DNA of 64,000 nt from an uncultured virus (IMG/VR IMGVR_UViG_3300022555_000035) (IMGVR_UViG_3300022555_000035); one strand, 5' to 3'; shown: positions 29,854 through 39,951, counted from the first letter of the stretch. The notes: generated from the sequence alone by a model not told the origin. Numbers and translations are program-made.

Positions 29854-30327
29854 TTCGTGATCCTCTCCTTTTGCTCTTTTTTCACCTGTGGCAATGGTAT
29901 CGGAAACGCCGTGTTCATCAAACGTTGTTCCTCTTGTGAAATATTTGTTTTGGACTTCAGCGCACCACCTGCATTAGACTTGATTGCAAAGAAATCGGTT
30001 GCATTAACTTCCTCTTCCTCTTCGGAGACGACGGAGATATTGTATGTTTCAGGATCAAGTACTTTGACAAGTTCTGTTCGAATAAGCATATCCGCATTGT
30101 CATCAGGCGACCAAGTGTACTGAAACCGTTCAACTTTTTCACCAGAATCGCCACCTGATACGTCGTAGTAGTACCTGCGTTCAAGTGTAAGCACCACCGA
30201 ATCGCCTTCTACCGAATCGAACTGTCGCAGCAACGGCGTCATCAATCGAGATAACACCCAAATGAGTCTGTCGCGAATCGGCTTGCGGTTGATCTTTGGC
30301 TTGCCGTTATGCCCACGATTCATTCCA
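29850..30327 (-). CDS. Hypothetical protein
   Basis: GGAGG RBS; start approximate. Confidence 0.55.
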
Positions 30328-30483
30328 TTACCTCCAATTTGTTTATTGTAATGGTGGCTTCCAAAATGGATCCCGGCAACTTGTCTCGTATGTCGGTACA
30401 AATTTTCTGCAGTCCTTTGGCCATTGCTTCAGCGTGTTGCTCATCAGCACACTTCAGGTACACGGTTACTTCGTACAAAGTTT

Positions 30484-30774
30484 TCATATATTCACTACGA
30501 CTTCCTCAGGCAGTACCCACTTCGCACCGATTACGCCGGCGTAGTACTCTCTGATATCCATGTTCGTGAATTCGATACCTTGAGGAACTTTGTGCACTAT
30601 GTGTACAAAACCGGAAGACGACGGCTTATGTGGCGGAGTACCATCGACCAAGAGGACTTCATCGCCGTCGAATGTTTTGTATTTTCTGCCGCTCAACATT
30701 GGTTCATACGTTTTTGCCTCCACTAATACCATGTCACAATTATACAACTTTGCAAACTTACGCACGGAATACAC
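30484..30774 (-). CDS. Hypothetical protein
   Basis: ORF behind a promoter. Confidence 0.55.
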   Translation of the reverse strand: MYSVRKFAKLYNCDMVLVEAKTYEPMLSGRKYKTFDGDEVLLVDGTPPHKPSSSGFVHIVHKVPQGIEFTNMDIREYYAGVIGAKWVLPEEVVVNI

Positions 30775-30806
30775 CTCGCTTTTTTTTGATAGAGGCTCTC
30801 GCTATA

Positions 30807-30836
30807 ATTATATCATAGTAACGAGAGCCTTTTCAA
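30807..30836 (-). promoter_or_regulatory. sigma70/sigmaA-type promoter
   Basis: TTGAAA-18 bp-TATAAT. Confidence 0.55.
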
Positions 30837-30844
30837 GGACCAAT

Positions 30845-31225
30845 TTAAAATTCTAAGGAAACAAACATATATGTCAGGGGATCAAACTCAAAGAAAAGAT
30901 ACTGATGTCCAGTGTGGGGGTCATTGATTCTCTCTGCTATCAGTTCGATAAAGTCCTCCACCTTTAACTTGGCACAAGTCGTGCATGCGTCTGGACGACA
31001 ACTCATGGGTGCATAACATTCTGATGTTGCTTCACTCATCCATTGCAAGATACTTAAGCCGTACCAATGATCTTGATATTCACCACCACCAGCACGAAAA
31101 GTATTACCTACGAACAAGTCGCGTTTAATAGCGTCCCTGATAGTATCGGTGTCATCATACAAGTACAGTGTACCGTAAGAAGACACTCCACTTTCATCGA
31201 TGTGCATCTCGAATATATTCCTCAT
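30845..31225 (-). CDS. Hypothetical protein
   Basis: ORF with 4-nt overlap to upstream ORF. Confidence 0.5.
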   Translation of the reverse strand: MRNIFEMHIDESGVSSYGTLYLYDDTDTIRDAIKRDLFVGNTFRAGGGEYQDHWYGLSILQWMSEATSECYAPMSCRPDACTTCAKLKVEDFIELIAERINDPHTGHQYLFFEFDPLTYMFVSLEF

Positions 31226-31437
31226 GATGTCTGGTCATTGACGTGCGTAATGAACAGGTTTGCTCCTGTCTGCGACCAGGCGCGGCACTCCGTATCGTCC
31301 GAATACCACAAGTTATTTTCGGTTACTACTTTCTTGAAATATTTCTTCGCCTCCGTCCGCGTCTCGAAGAGCCATACATTCTCCATGTCCTGCCCTATCA
31401 GAACTACCGCAAATCTGGCTACTTTTATCTCCACCAC
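31222..31437 (-). CDS. Hypothetical protein
   Basis: AAGGGGG RBS. Confidence 0.5.
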   Translation of the reverse strand: MVEIKVARFAVVLIGQDMENVWLFETRTEAKKYFKKVVTENNLWYSDDTECRAWSQTGANLFITHVNDQTS

Positions 31438-31612
31438 ATGTCCCCCCTTCTTCTACCCCTAACTCCGTATGTACTGCTCTTTCTTTACAGGTGCAGCACC
31501 ATGTAGTTTTTTGATGTCCTTTTGGACGTTTGTACCTCCTCAAGATTGGCTGCTCAGTGCCGCAAGTATTGCACCGAACTGTCGATAAAAATAATTGCGT
31601 CACGCGAATCAT
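31313..31612 (-). CDS. Zn-ribbon protein with ribosomal L33-like pattern
   Basis: RCNTCG...RR.KRPKGH.K..WCCTCKERAVHTE; AAGGAG RBS. Confidence 0.45.
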   Translation of the reverse strand: MIRVTQLFLSTVRCNTCGTEQPILRRYKRPKGHQKTTWCCTCKERAVHTELGVEEGGTCGGDKSSQICGSSDRAGHGECMALRDADGGEEIFQESSNRK

Positions 31613-31773
31613 TCTCCTTCTGCTACAAAGTATCCGTTGAATGTGTGACATCGCGGACACTCTAGTGGTTCCACGTCCGGTACATCATGCGCTACCGCCA
31701 CCCATGTTTTGTTACAGTAGGTGCAACGCACGTGGCCCACTAGATATCCGCTACTACTAGGTTTGTTGCTCAT
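31609..31773 (-). CDS. Small Zn-finger protein
   Basis: CTYC..TWVAV.....LECPRC. Confidence 0.5.
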   Translation of the reverse strand: MSNKPSSSGYLVGHVRCTYCNKTWVAVAHDVPDVEPLECPRCHTFNGYFVAEGE

Positions 31774-31993
31774 CGGGAAATGCCTCGGCCATGAGTGCAC
31801 GATAACTATTCAGGAACTTACGGGCCAAACGGCCGCGATCGCCTGGAACCGAGATCATGGTCGAGCCATCGTGATTTTTCTCTTGTCCGTACCACTCAAG
31901 TGCCGCACACAATGCCGCATTGGCTTCCATTGATTTCTTCAAGTGCAAATCGTCCTCTATTGGATTGTTAGCACCACAGCTAGTACACTTCAT
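31757..31993 (-). CDS. Hypothetical protein
   Basis: GGAGG RBS before MKCTSCG. Confidence 0.5.
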   Translation of the reverse strand: MKCTSCGANNPIEDDLHLKKSMEANAALCAALEWYGQEKNHDGSTMISVPGDRGRLARKFLNSYRALMAEAFPDEQQT

Positions 31994-31997
31994 ACTG

Positions 31998-32222
31998 TTA
32001 CCTCCAAATCTTTTGTACCTGATGTTTGAAAACTGTTGCCTTAGCGTACCACTTGTGAGGAGCCGGATAATGCGGCCCCTCCAAGTACACATCGGTAGGC
32101 ACTGACGGATCTGGTGTCTCGCCGATTCCTGGCTGGAAGATAGTAACTACGTCGCCGCGTTTAACTGCTTCCTTCAATTCTTTTGCAGATTTAAAATTCG
32201 GCCATATGTATATGACAATCAC
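31998..32222 (-). CDS. Hypothetical phage protein
   Basis: NFKSAKELKEAV..G...EGPHYP.PHKWYA. Confidence 0.6.
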   Translation of the reverse strand: MIVIYIWPNFKSAKELKEAVKRGDVVTIFQPGIGETPDPSVPTDVYLEGPHYPAPHKWYAKATVFKHQVQKIWR

Positions 32223-32317
32223 CCTCTTCCTTTGTTACTACTTGTTTAGTTACAGGGTGTATTAAAATTCTACCTGTGGTAGGATTTACGTAGGGACCAT
32301 AGGATTCTCGGTACATA

Positions 32318-32789
32318 CTATTCTACCAGATCCTGTTTCAATTCATCTACCATAGTCTTGACGATGTCTTTTTCAACATCGTGAAGATCAACCATGTCGG
32401 AGACACGCTTGGCGATGCGATCAACCATGCTCTGAGTATCGAGGCCATCACGGACACAATTGATAACGGCGTCTTCTGCCTCGTCGCCGAACCAACCACT
32501 TTCAGAAAGCTGTTCGCATACCTTGTCGGTGATGTCATCTTCGCTGAAATCGTGTGTGATATAATGGTCGGCTACGGCATCAGCTATATTATCCAACGAT
32601 AGTCGTGCCATTGCCTTGTACGAAATTTTTTCGGCTACGTCAGAGCGTATGACCGGATCTCGGAAGTCTCGCATAACATCCTCCACCAGGAGATCAGTCA
32701 TTTCTTTGACCAGTAAGTCCTTGACCTGCTCTAGTACTTCTGTTTTAACATTGGCTACTAGTTTGTCAATCAAACGGTTACTTGCCATG
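32318..32789 (-). CDS. Acidic helical-repeat hypothetical protein
   Basis: GAGGAGG RBS before MASNRL. Confidence 0.65.
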
Positions 32790-32807
32790 ATTATTACCTC
32801 CTCTTTT

Positions 32808-33017
32808 TTAGTCGACGAACGATTTGTGACATACCCGGCATCTGCTGGGATCGAACCAGGTGTACTCGGTATATGTAGTATCACAACTGAAGCATTTTTG
32901 TTGTTTAGACAGAATCGGCCTTTTGAAGCCACATGCATCACACTCAAAGTGCTTTTCTGAGTAGTTGTATTTGGTATTTTCGTATCCGCATTTGACACAC
33001 TTAAAGCCTCCCACCAT
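32808..33017 (-). CDS. Small multi-CxxC Zn-finger protein
   Basis: Four CxxC pairs. Confidence 0.55.
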   Translation of the reverse strand: MVGGFKCVKCGYENTKYNYSEKHFECDACGFKRPILSKQQKCFSCDTTYTEYTWFDPSRCRVCHKSFVD

Positions 33018-33293
33018 GCTCCCTCCTTACATATGCTTCGTTCAGCATAATCAGTTCCTCAAGTGCTGCAACTTCCGAGATGTAATGTTCACGCTATTGC
33101 ACGGGCTTTCGGATTGCTGCAATCTCGCTGTCAGTGTTGTTGATGATCTTTTGCCAGTTGTCATAGATCCACGCAGTGTTGATGGCATTGACGAGGATGA
33201 TTTTTGGTCCAGCCCAAGGTACTGATCGAGATACGTAAGCCACTCGGTAAGTCGTGAGTTCAACGCTGCTTCCGTCTTTTCCTTCGTTTGACT

Positions 33294-34532
33294 TCATTTT
33301 GTCTCCTTCCAGACGTATGACATCATCAGGATTACCCACAGCTCTGTCAACTGCGCGCCTTCCATGTTACCTTCATCGGCACAGCGAACGTAGAACTCCC
33401 AAATGACCTGATTCGGCTCTTTAGTTGGTTGTACGGGTGGCAGCTCTTTGACTGCTTTGATGAAGTCGCGGCTCGACTCGATCAGAAACTGGTGGGATTC
33501 GTAAACAACTATCGGCTTAACATAACTGGGACCACCTCGCGTTTTCAGAATGGTTTCCATTTCCTTTTGTGTACTGACCGGATAAGCCAACGGACCGTAT
33601 CTGTCTTTCAGGTCCTCATATGCTTTGTCGGCCACAAGCTTGAACTTGTCATTGGTGTATCCGCCGTAGGTTCTGATATACCGGACATCGTCAGCATTTT
33701 GCATCACCATATCGATAATCCGGTCGTCTCCAGTTGCACGCCACATTTCGGACGTCTTCCATTGAAGTTCGAACGACTGGATCATTCTGCGATCCCGGTC
33801 AAGTTCGATGTACTCCGGTTTGAAGTTGTAACCGTAATGCAGCTTTTCATCTGTGGAGATGTACAGGCCTGCTACGAACACTCTGCCCCTGTATTGCGGC
33901 TGAAGAAGAATTTGTCCTATCGCCGTAGTTAGCACGTCGTCGCCCTCAATTTGTTGCACTTGCTGTACTTGCAGATTCAGATTGGATTCATAAATATCTT
34001 GCTGTTCATCTTCTGTGAGGGGATAAATCTGGTACACGAGATTGTTGTCCGGAACACTCTGCCAGAAGAACTTGTCCTCAACTTCGATTTGCAACGTCTT
34101 CGCCCCGTTGAACTTCTTGGAGTTCTTCAGCGCCGCCGTCCAGACTTCACGTGCACCATAGTTGAATATCTTGATCTTCTTCCCGAGACGTGTAAGTACG
34201 AGTAACGCGAGCTTGTAGCCTTCGCCGAACTTGCCAATCGCACGTTTATCGTCGCTCTTAGTGGTTTCACCGAGAAGCAACGAATTTACATCTAGGATAG
34301 ACTCTTTGTTTCCTATTGAGAGCGTTCTGTATTTATTCGGGTTATGTGAATCTACCGCGAAATTGAAGAACATTTTGTTCGGGGACTCTTTTTCCACATC
34401 ATCGTACCAGTCCTTCGGAGGACGTGCCATATTCTCTTGGTCGATCGCATTCTGGAAGATCTCACGAATGGCCTCTACCAAGCCCCAGCTGGATACGTAG
34501 TTCTCCGATAGGCTTAACTCATAACGTCTCAT
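33294..34532 (-). CDS. GHKL (HATPase-like) ATP-binding protein
   Basis: EAIREIFQNAID, LG.TTK, IGKFGEGYKLA motifs. Confidence 0.8.
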   Translation of the reverse strand: MRRYELSLSENYVSSWGLVEAIREIFQNAIDQENMARPPKDWYDDVEKESPNKMFFNFAVDSHNPNKYRTLSIGNKESILDVNSLLLGETTKSDDKRAIGKFGEGYKLALLVLTRLGKKIKIFNYGAREVWTAALKNSKKFNGAKTLQIEVEDKFFWQSVPDNNLVYQIYPLTEDEQQDIYESNLNLQVQQVQQIEGDDVLTTAIGQILLQPQYRGRVFVAGLYISTDEKLHYGYNFKPEYIELDRDRRMIQSFELQWKTSEMWRATGDDRIIDMVMQNADDVRYIRTYGGYTNDKFKLVADKAYEDLKDRYGPLAYPVSTQKEMETILKTRGGPSYVKPIVVYESHQFLIESSRDFIKAVKELPPVQPTKEPNQVIWEFYVRCADEGNMEGAQLTELWVILMMSYVWKETK

Positions 34533-34618
34533 CGATCTTGCCTCCTGTTTTTTTTCTTGGTCGCCGGAAACAAATCACCTCCTCCCGTGCCAGGTTACAG
34601 TTTTAAGGCTTTTCTTTT

Positions 34619-34681
34619 ATTATAGTCTAGTTTCGAGAGACTTCTCACTAAGAATTTTTAGACGGCGTAAGCTTCGGTCGC
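34619..34681 (-). promoter_or_regulatory. Promoter with -10 TATAAT and upstream GCCGTCTAAAAATTC box (copy 1)
   Basis: 15-bp box 27 bp upstream of TATAAT; identical arrangement at 39624-39690. Confidence 0.6.
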
Positions 34682-34719
34682 TTATCAGGGATAAGGACGC
34701 GGACTCTTCTTCACCAGCA

Positions 34720-35031
34720 TTATACTGTCCTCTCAATCTTCAAGAGCTTACAGATCGGGATGGTTACCTGCCCACTTTGACGATAGGTCACAGGTTCGGA
34801 TACAATGCGTGCATTGATGAGTACTTGTAGCATCCCCATATTCTCGGAGTAATCTTTGATCGCCACGTAATCGCGCGGAATCCCTTCCAGGTGAACGGTC
34901 GCCGTTGCCACTGGGCAGCCATCCTCAGCGTCATGCAGCTGGATGCGAATACCGCCGCTGCAATATTTTTCGTACTCTACATTACACGTTGACCCTGCAA
35001 AGAAAACCGTTTGCCGTTCGTCATTAAACAT
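34720..35031 (-). CDS. DUF4313-like protein
   Basis: Y..G.I.IQL.D..DG.P.ATATV.L...IKDYSEN.GML..L. Confidence 0.65.
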   Translation of the reverse strand: MFNDERQTVFFAGSTCNVEYEKYCSGGIRIQLHDAEDGCPVATATVHLEGIPRDYVAIKDYSENMGMLQVLINARIVSEPVTYRQSGQVTIPICKLLKIERTV

Positions 35032-35078
35032 CTGTTTTCCTCCTCATTATGTCATCTATACCGCAAGGACCCATTCAC

Positions 35079-35942
35079 TCATTCGTCTTCCTCCCCTTCC
35101 TCGTATTCAAGTTGCTTCTCGACAAGTTCAAGTGCTGTTGGTTCAGGATCGTCTTCGCGGTCATTGGTGGCTGTGATTCTCTGATACGGATAATTTCGTA
35201 GAACTTCTTCGAGCTTGTCGGCGAGCTCTCGATCATCCAGCTGAAGGGGAAGAATCTTGAGGCTTTCAATGGCATATTCGATAACTCGGCGCGGGTGATC
35301 GAGGATGATCTTTTGCTTCCGAATAGCAGCTTTAAGAGCCTCCGGCAAAAACGGGTACTCATATTTCGTATTGAGATTATCAAGCGCTCCGTCGCCGTGT
35401 ACCGTTGAAACATTGACAAGTACTGCATCCCCCTTCCTAATTTGCGCCACTGTAGCCAGCCCCGGAACCCTCTGGTATGTCAGGAGTTGTCCTTTTCGAT
35501 TGGCACGAAGACCGGGACCGGAACTACCGTCCGTTGAATTTGCGCCATGCGCCTGAGGCCGAATGATAGATTTCGTAACTGAGCCATCAGCGTTAGTTGT
35601 CGTGACTTCCAAAAGCGGAGCAGGCGGCGAATGTGTTCCGCACTTCCGAGGCGTTTGGGTAGCGATGTAATCGTTGTACCAGGCTAAGGCCATTTGTTCA
35701 TCCACCATCGGCCGCTCTTTCGTCTTCAGTGGCTTGGCTCCAGTGGCAGGGTTGGGTTTGGCTGTTTTGTCTTTGCTCTGCAACGTCTGAACAACCTGCT
35801 GACTCGGCATCCCTTGCTTCAAAAGAGCATACGCAAACTGTGGCGGCTTATCAGGAAAGTACTTGGCCACGAATGCAGTCGGAGTAATCAGCATCTTTGG
35901 GGTCTTTGGTGTCGTTGGCGCGGTTGATGAGACTGGACTCAT
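35079..35942 (-). CDS. Protein with N-terminal Xis/AlpA-like HTH
   Basis: TPTAFVAKY..KPPQFAYALLKQG...PMVD...ALAWY, similar to 39030, 39967 and 42385 ORFs. Confidence 0.6.
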   Translation of the reverse strand: MSPVSSTAPTTPKTPKMLITPTAFVAKYFPDKPPQFAYALLKQGMPSQQVVQTLQSKDKTAKPNPATGAKPLKTKERPMVDEQMALAWYNDYIATQTPRKCGTHSPPAPLLEVTTTNADGSVTKSIIRPQAHGANSTDGSSGPGLRANRKGQLLTYQRVPGLATVAQIRKGDAVLVNVSTVHGDGALDNLNTKYEYPFLPEALKAAIRKQKIILDHPRRVIEYAIESLKILPLQLDDRELADKLEEVLRNYPYQRITATNDREDDPEPTALELVEKQLEYEEGEEDE

Positions 35943-35948
35943 CAGTTA

Positions 35949-36508
35949 TCACTCCTTTACAGATACAGATGGTGATGGTACAACTTGGCCACGTCCACGT
36001 GTTCCAGCTTTCATCTTAAGGTAATCGAACAAAGCGGAATCTTTGGAGGTTTCTGTTTCCTGGAGAATGTACTCGACATCGACGACGCCGACATCCATAC
36101 GGTTCAGGAGGTTGTAATGCTCAGAGGTTGGGACCTGTTGTTTTTGGTCTATTAACAACTCACGGAACACTATTGGATTCATAATCCAACGGCATGCCAC
36201 TGGGACAGTACTGCTGTTTTCATTTTCGACGACTTCATGAATATGTGTCGAACGATAGGTCCTGACGACGTTGCCGTGCTTGTCGCTACCATCGAGAATG
36301 GTAACAAAGATGGCTTTGTCTTCGTAGCCGGCACGCTTCAGCAGGTATGCTTCTTGCGTTCCCAGTTCTTCGGCTTCGCCTCCGGCGTTAGTGTGGGTTT
36401 CCAACTCAATTGCGGACTTATGTAATTTTACTTTGGTTCTCACCTGGGTTGCAATACATGGAATCAGCGTGCCACGATCCCGGATCTCAAGTACTAGTGT
36501 GTTCAGCA
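35949..36508 (-). CDS. Hypothetical phage protein
   Basis: GGAGG RBS before MLNTLVLEIRDRGTLIP. Confidence 0.6.
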
Positions 36509-37530
36509 TTTTTGTTTGTCCCTCCTTTTTTTCTTCCAAGCTTTTTACCTCTTGTTCGATAACTCGTGTGTTCTGCAAAGTATGCGTTTCTTCGTACATT
36601 AATCTTTTTGATCAGTTCATCCTGCTCGGCTGGTGTCAACGCGTCAAGTTCTTCAGGTGTGGGCATGTCGTAGTCTTTGTCATCTAGAATTGTACTTGCT
36701 CGTTTGTTGGGTTTTGTGTCTTGGTTTGCTTGCTGGATTTCATCGAAGGCAGAGGATAATCTAAGTCTAAGCCTGTTTGCAGCACCTCCGGCATCGTTAT
36801 CCATTTGCAGACACTTCTCGGAACAAAAGAGAGTACCCATAGTCATTTTACTCTGGTATGTGAAGTTACGGGTATCAATTTCTCCTCGTGTCTCTCGAAG
36901 ATCGATTCCACGTTCTGCTGACCTACGATATATATCCTGCAGTTCGCGGATTCGCCTGTTCACGTTGTTCTGAGCGTTTACTCTTTTCACTTCGTTATGA
37001 CCGCGTAGATAGAAGATACGTGACAATCCTCCGTTACAATGAGGATTCTGGCATATATGCTCAGGATCAAAGGCTTCCTTTTTCTGGAGGTATTGGGTGT
37101 TATGTGTGCGTCCAGGGCCAACACTGCTGTCCATTCTACTCAATACCTGTGCGGCAAGCTCTTCTGCCGCCAGTTGCTGTTCTGACTCTAAGGAACCAGG
37201 TTCTGGAAAGATTAGCTTCGGCAGGGATTGATTATCCTCGTCCGTAGCAAGTCTAGCGCACGCGACGGAACAAAACTTTAATCCCTTCAGATAAATTGGT
37301 ATCGCAGGATGTCCTTGAAGCTCCATGTGTACTTCTGTACGATAATAATTTCCCATGGATGCATCGCCTTCGAACGTTTTATCATGCTGTTGCCGTTTAG
37401 TAATCCTGTTTTGTTCACTTCGATGCTGTGGAAAGTAAATACTGGATACCTGGAAGTGGTTACTACATTTTTCTCGGCAGCATTGATAGATATACATCGG
37501 TGGACCGCCTGACAATTGTTTGCGTTGCAT
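36487..37530 (-). CDS. Cys-rich protein with FCS..C Zn-binding motifs
   Basis: KFCSVAC, CQNPHC, LFCSEKC; AAGGAG RBS and promoter upstream. Confidence 0.65.
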   Translation of the reverse strand: MQRKQLSGGPPMYIYQCCREKCSNHFQVSSIYFPQHRSEQNRITKRQQHDKTFEGDASMGNYYRTEVHMELQGHPAIPIYLKGLKFCSVACARLATDEDNQSLPKLIFPEPGSLESEQQLAAEELAAQVLSRMDSSVGPGRTHNTQYLQKKEAFDPEHICQNPHCNGGLSRIFYLRGHNEVKRVNAQNNVNRRIRELQDIYRRSAERGIDLRETRGEIDTRNFTYQSKMTMGTLFCSEKCLQMDNDAGGAANRLRLRLSSAFDEIQQANQDTKPNKRASTILDDKDYDMPTPEELDALTPAEQDELIKKINVRRNAYFAEHTSYRTRGKKLGRKKGGTNKNAEHTST

Positions 37531-37581
37531 AATTCCTGCTTCTCCTTTCGTAAAAAAAAGTGTGGTTGCTTTTTTAATTCA

Positions 37582-37610
37582 ATTATACATGATTTTAAAG
37601 GAATATGCAA
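37582..37610 (-). promoter_or_regulatory. sigma70/sigmaA-type promoter
   Basis: TTGCAT-17 bp-TATAAT. Confidence 0.6.
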
Positions 37611-38058
37611 ATAAAATAATGATTCATGGAATCATATATTTACCAGCAGATATAGTCGAAATCAGAACAGGAAAAATTTTTCAGAAATAAATACCCCATT
37701 TCATAGAGAGGGAATAATAATAATATGTAATGTACTATTTATTTACTATATATATAGTATTTTTCTGCTATAGACTAGGATGGTTAGTTATAATAATTAT
37801 ACTACAGGTGAGAGGGTAATGTCAATAACAAATATTTTATCTGATCGGGAAGCTGGAATATTTGGTTAACTTTTCTGAGTCACTGCTGATGAGTCATTCT
37901 GACTGAATCATTGAATCACGTCCGTGTTAATTCCCCCTAGTTCAGGAGGTTTTACTTACATATACATTAACGTGTATATGAATTCAATGATTCAAGCCAG
38001 TTGACCCACTCTGCGTGAATCAGAGTTTAGGTGGTGGGTGAGTGGGTGTATGCGTCGT
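37611..38058. other. AT-rich non-coding region with TGA(A/G)TCA-like repeats (candidate replication origin)
   Basis: No ORF of 60 aa or more; AT-rich core 37710-37800; clustered TGAGTCA/TGAATCA/TGATTCA. Confidence 0.35.
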
Positions 38059-38529
38059 TTATTCGTAATCGGAGTGGATGATCAGCAGTCCGATTTCAGT
38101 TGTGGCAACTAGTTGCTTCTTCCGGAGGTCTTCCTTGGTGAATCGGCGTTCTGATTGATTGGTAATTTTGTTGTAGGTGTATAGGAGCTGTGTCGGGATG
38201 ACGTAGAAATTTAATTGGTCATGGCCTTCACTCCTAGGTAGTACCGGACGTGTGGATTCCACTTTGATGAGTAGTTCTAGATCTTTCTCTTCGGAGGTGT
38301 CGATGGGGATGAATTGCAGACCGAGAACCGGACAAGTTGTGTTGAACGTTTCGGTGAGTTCGGTGAGTTCGGTGATGTTGTCGTCTCCAGGTGTACGCCG
38401 AGTCCGAGTGTATTCGGAATGCCGGCCAACTAGTACGGACTTGTAGTACTGGGAGTCGCAGCTGAAATACCAGCCACCATGAGCACTGGTGTGCTTACCG
38501 GGATGCTCTTCGTATTCGTTAGCCATCAC
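38059..38529 (-). CDS. Hypothetical protein
   Basis: ORF coupled to the PC4-like gene. Confidence 0.55.
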   Translation of the reverse strand: MMANEYEEHPGKHTSAHGGWYFSCDSQYYKSVLVGRHSEYTRTRRTPGDDNITELTELTETFNTTCPVLGLQFIPIDTSEEKDLELLIKVESTRPVLPRSEGHDQLNFYVIPTQLLYTYNKITNQSERRFTKEDLRKKQLVATTEIGLLIIHSDYE

Positions 38530-38807
38530 GCTTCCTCTTTTGTCGTCAGTTCTGCCCAGGTATCTTCCAGAGCGGACATCAAGTCCGTGATGATTGCCAC
38601 GTCGTCAAGGGCAACCGCCATCCCGTGCCTGCCCGGAGCGTAGATGTGGTCATGAGTTTTGATTTTGTACCATTCGCGGATGGATAAATATTGACGCCGG
38701 TTTTTTGTACAGATGCTGAAACGGATAAGGTTGTTCTCTCCTGCTTGAACTTCTTTGATAAGCCATTCTTTGTCCCAGTATGTAGATTTTATTTCGGTTT
38801 TTGCCAC
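38526..38807 (-). CDS. PC4/YdbC-family ssDNA-binding protein
   Basis: IRFSI......YLSIREWY........PGRHG pattern. Confidence 0.7.
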   Translation of the reverse strand: MAKTEIKSTYWDKEWLIKEVQAGENNLIRFSICTKNRRQYLSIREWYKIKTHDHIYAPGRHGMAVALDDVAIITDLMSALEDTWAELTTKEEA

Positions 38808-38942
38808 GACGATTCCTCCTTCAATTTTATGAATATGGGAAAGTTTAAATTCAGGTGTAGAAACGCTGCTCGCGGAAACTACGGCGTTTTGAACGGAAAA
38901 ACCGGCTTTTACACACTATCTGTCCAGGACAAGAAAAGGTTC

Positions 38943-39018
38943 CTAAACCGGGTTAGAAACGCGTTTTCGGCAAAATTATTAGACTGGCCGTATAATCAGC
39001 GTTTCTAAACCGGTTTAG
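38943..39018. repeat. 20-bp inverted repeat (1 mismatch) with palindromic arms
   Basis: CTAAACCGGGTTAGAAACGC / GCGTTTCTAAACCGGTTTAG. Confidence 0.8.
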
Positions 39019-39029
39019 TGATAGCTAGC

Positions 39030-39542
39030 CTACGCGGAAACTGCGGAATTCGCAAGTTTGATCGCCTCGGCCAAGCCTTTGAATTTCTTGTCTCCACTGG
39101 CCTCGAGCCGAGCCGCCATCATAGACATGATAGCATCCATATCGATTACCGGAGCCTGCTGAATGATTGTAACCGGGCCGTTCTTCGATCCTTTAGGCGC
39201 AGCCGCAGCCGCAGTAAATGTACGGAAGCTTCCGCGGTTGTCGTACCAGATGAAAAAGCTTTCGTACAGCAATTCCCGCAGCGTGCCGTCGCCCTTCGGC
39301 CAGAGCTTGATGTGTTCGGCGGGAACCTTGTTGTTCCGGAGCAAGTAGTAAATGTACTGCGGCTCTTTGCCCATCCGTTTGGCTGCTTGGATCGGCGTGC
39401 AGAATGCCATCTCCGGAACGACTACCGGCTGGCTGGCTTCAGGCGCATCGGCCGATTGGTCCTGCAGGTCGGCAGACTCGTCCCGCAGCATGGCCTCTTG
39501 TTCCGTCGTGATGATTCCGGTTGTGTTGTTCAGTTCCATGAT
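39030..39542 (-). CDS. Xis/AlpA-like HTH protein
   Basis: TPIQAAKRMGKEPQYIYYLLRNNKVP; C-terminal EASGDKKFKGLA motif shared with paralogues. Confidence 0.65.
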   Translation of the reverse strand: MMELNNTTGIITTEQEAMLRDESADLQDQSADAPEASQPVVVPEMAFCTPIQAAKRMGKEPQYIYYLLRNNKVPAEHIKLWPKGDGTLRELLYESFFIWYDNRGSFRTFTAAAAAPKGSKNGPVTIIQQAPVIDMDAIMSMMAARLEASGDKKFKGLAEAIKLANSAVSA

Positions 39543-39623
39543 GATACCACCTTCCGCCGGGATTGCCGGCATTTAAGTACGACTGCTCTTGACTCTCGTT
39601 AACTTGCATTCGTCTTATGTCTA

Positions 39624-39690
39624 ATTATAACATAGTATCTCGAGACAAATCTCTGTGAATTTTTAGACGGCTTGCCTAGCTTGCGGTCGC
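39624..39690 (-). promoter_or_regulatory. Promoter with -10 TATAAT and upstream GCCGTCTAAAAATTC box (copy 2)
   Basis: Same 15-bp box, same 27-bp spacing and GCGACCG upstream as copy 1. Confidence 0.6.
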
Positions 39691-39898
39691 GGAGCCGGAA
39701 TAGCCAGGGAGAAGGAATTTCAGTCTGTAAGGCACATTCGTCCGGAATAGTCGGCATAGTGAACCGGCGTACTGGTCCTCCGGCCGGTGTAAGTTGCTCC
39801 CCGGACGTTTATTTCGCACTGAAGTTCCGATTTTTAGGCAGATGGGGGGCCCGGGGGAGATAAGTCCTCCCTACTACTCTACCTTATTCTGTTCTAGG

Positions 39899-39951
39899 AG
39901 AGCTGTTAGACTAGCTCTCTATGAAGCGTACTAACCGAAGCTAGTACGCTT
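39899..39951. terminator. Two tandem hairpins downstream of the cassette array
   Basis: AGAGCT..AGCTCT and AAGCGTACTA..TAGTACGCTT. Confidence 0.45.
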
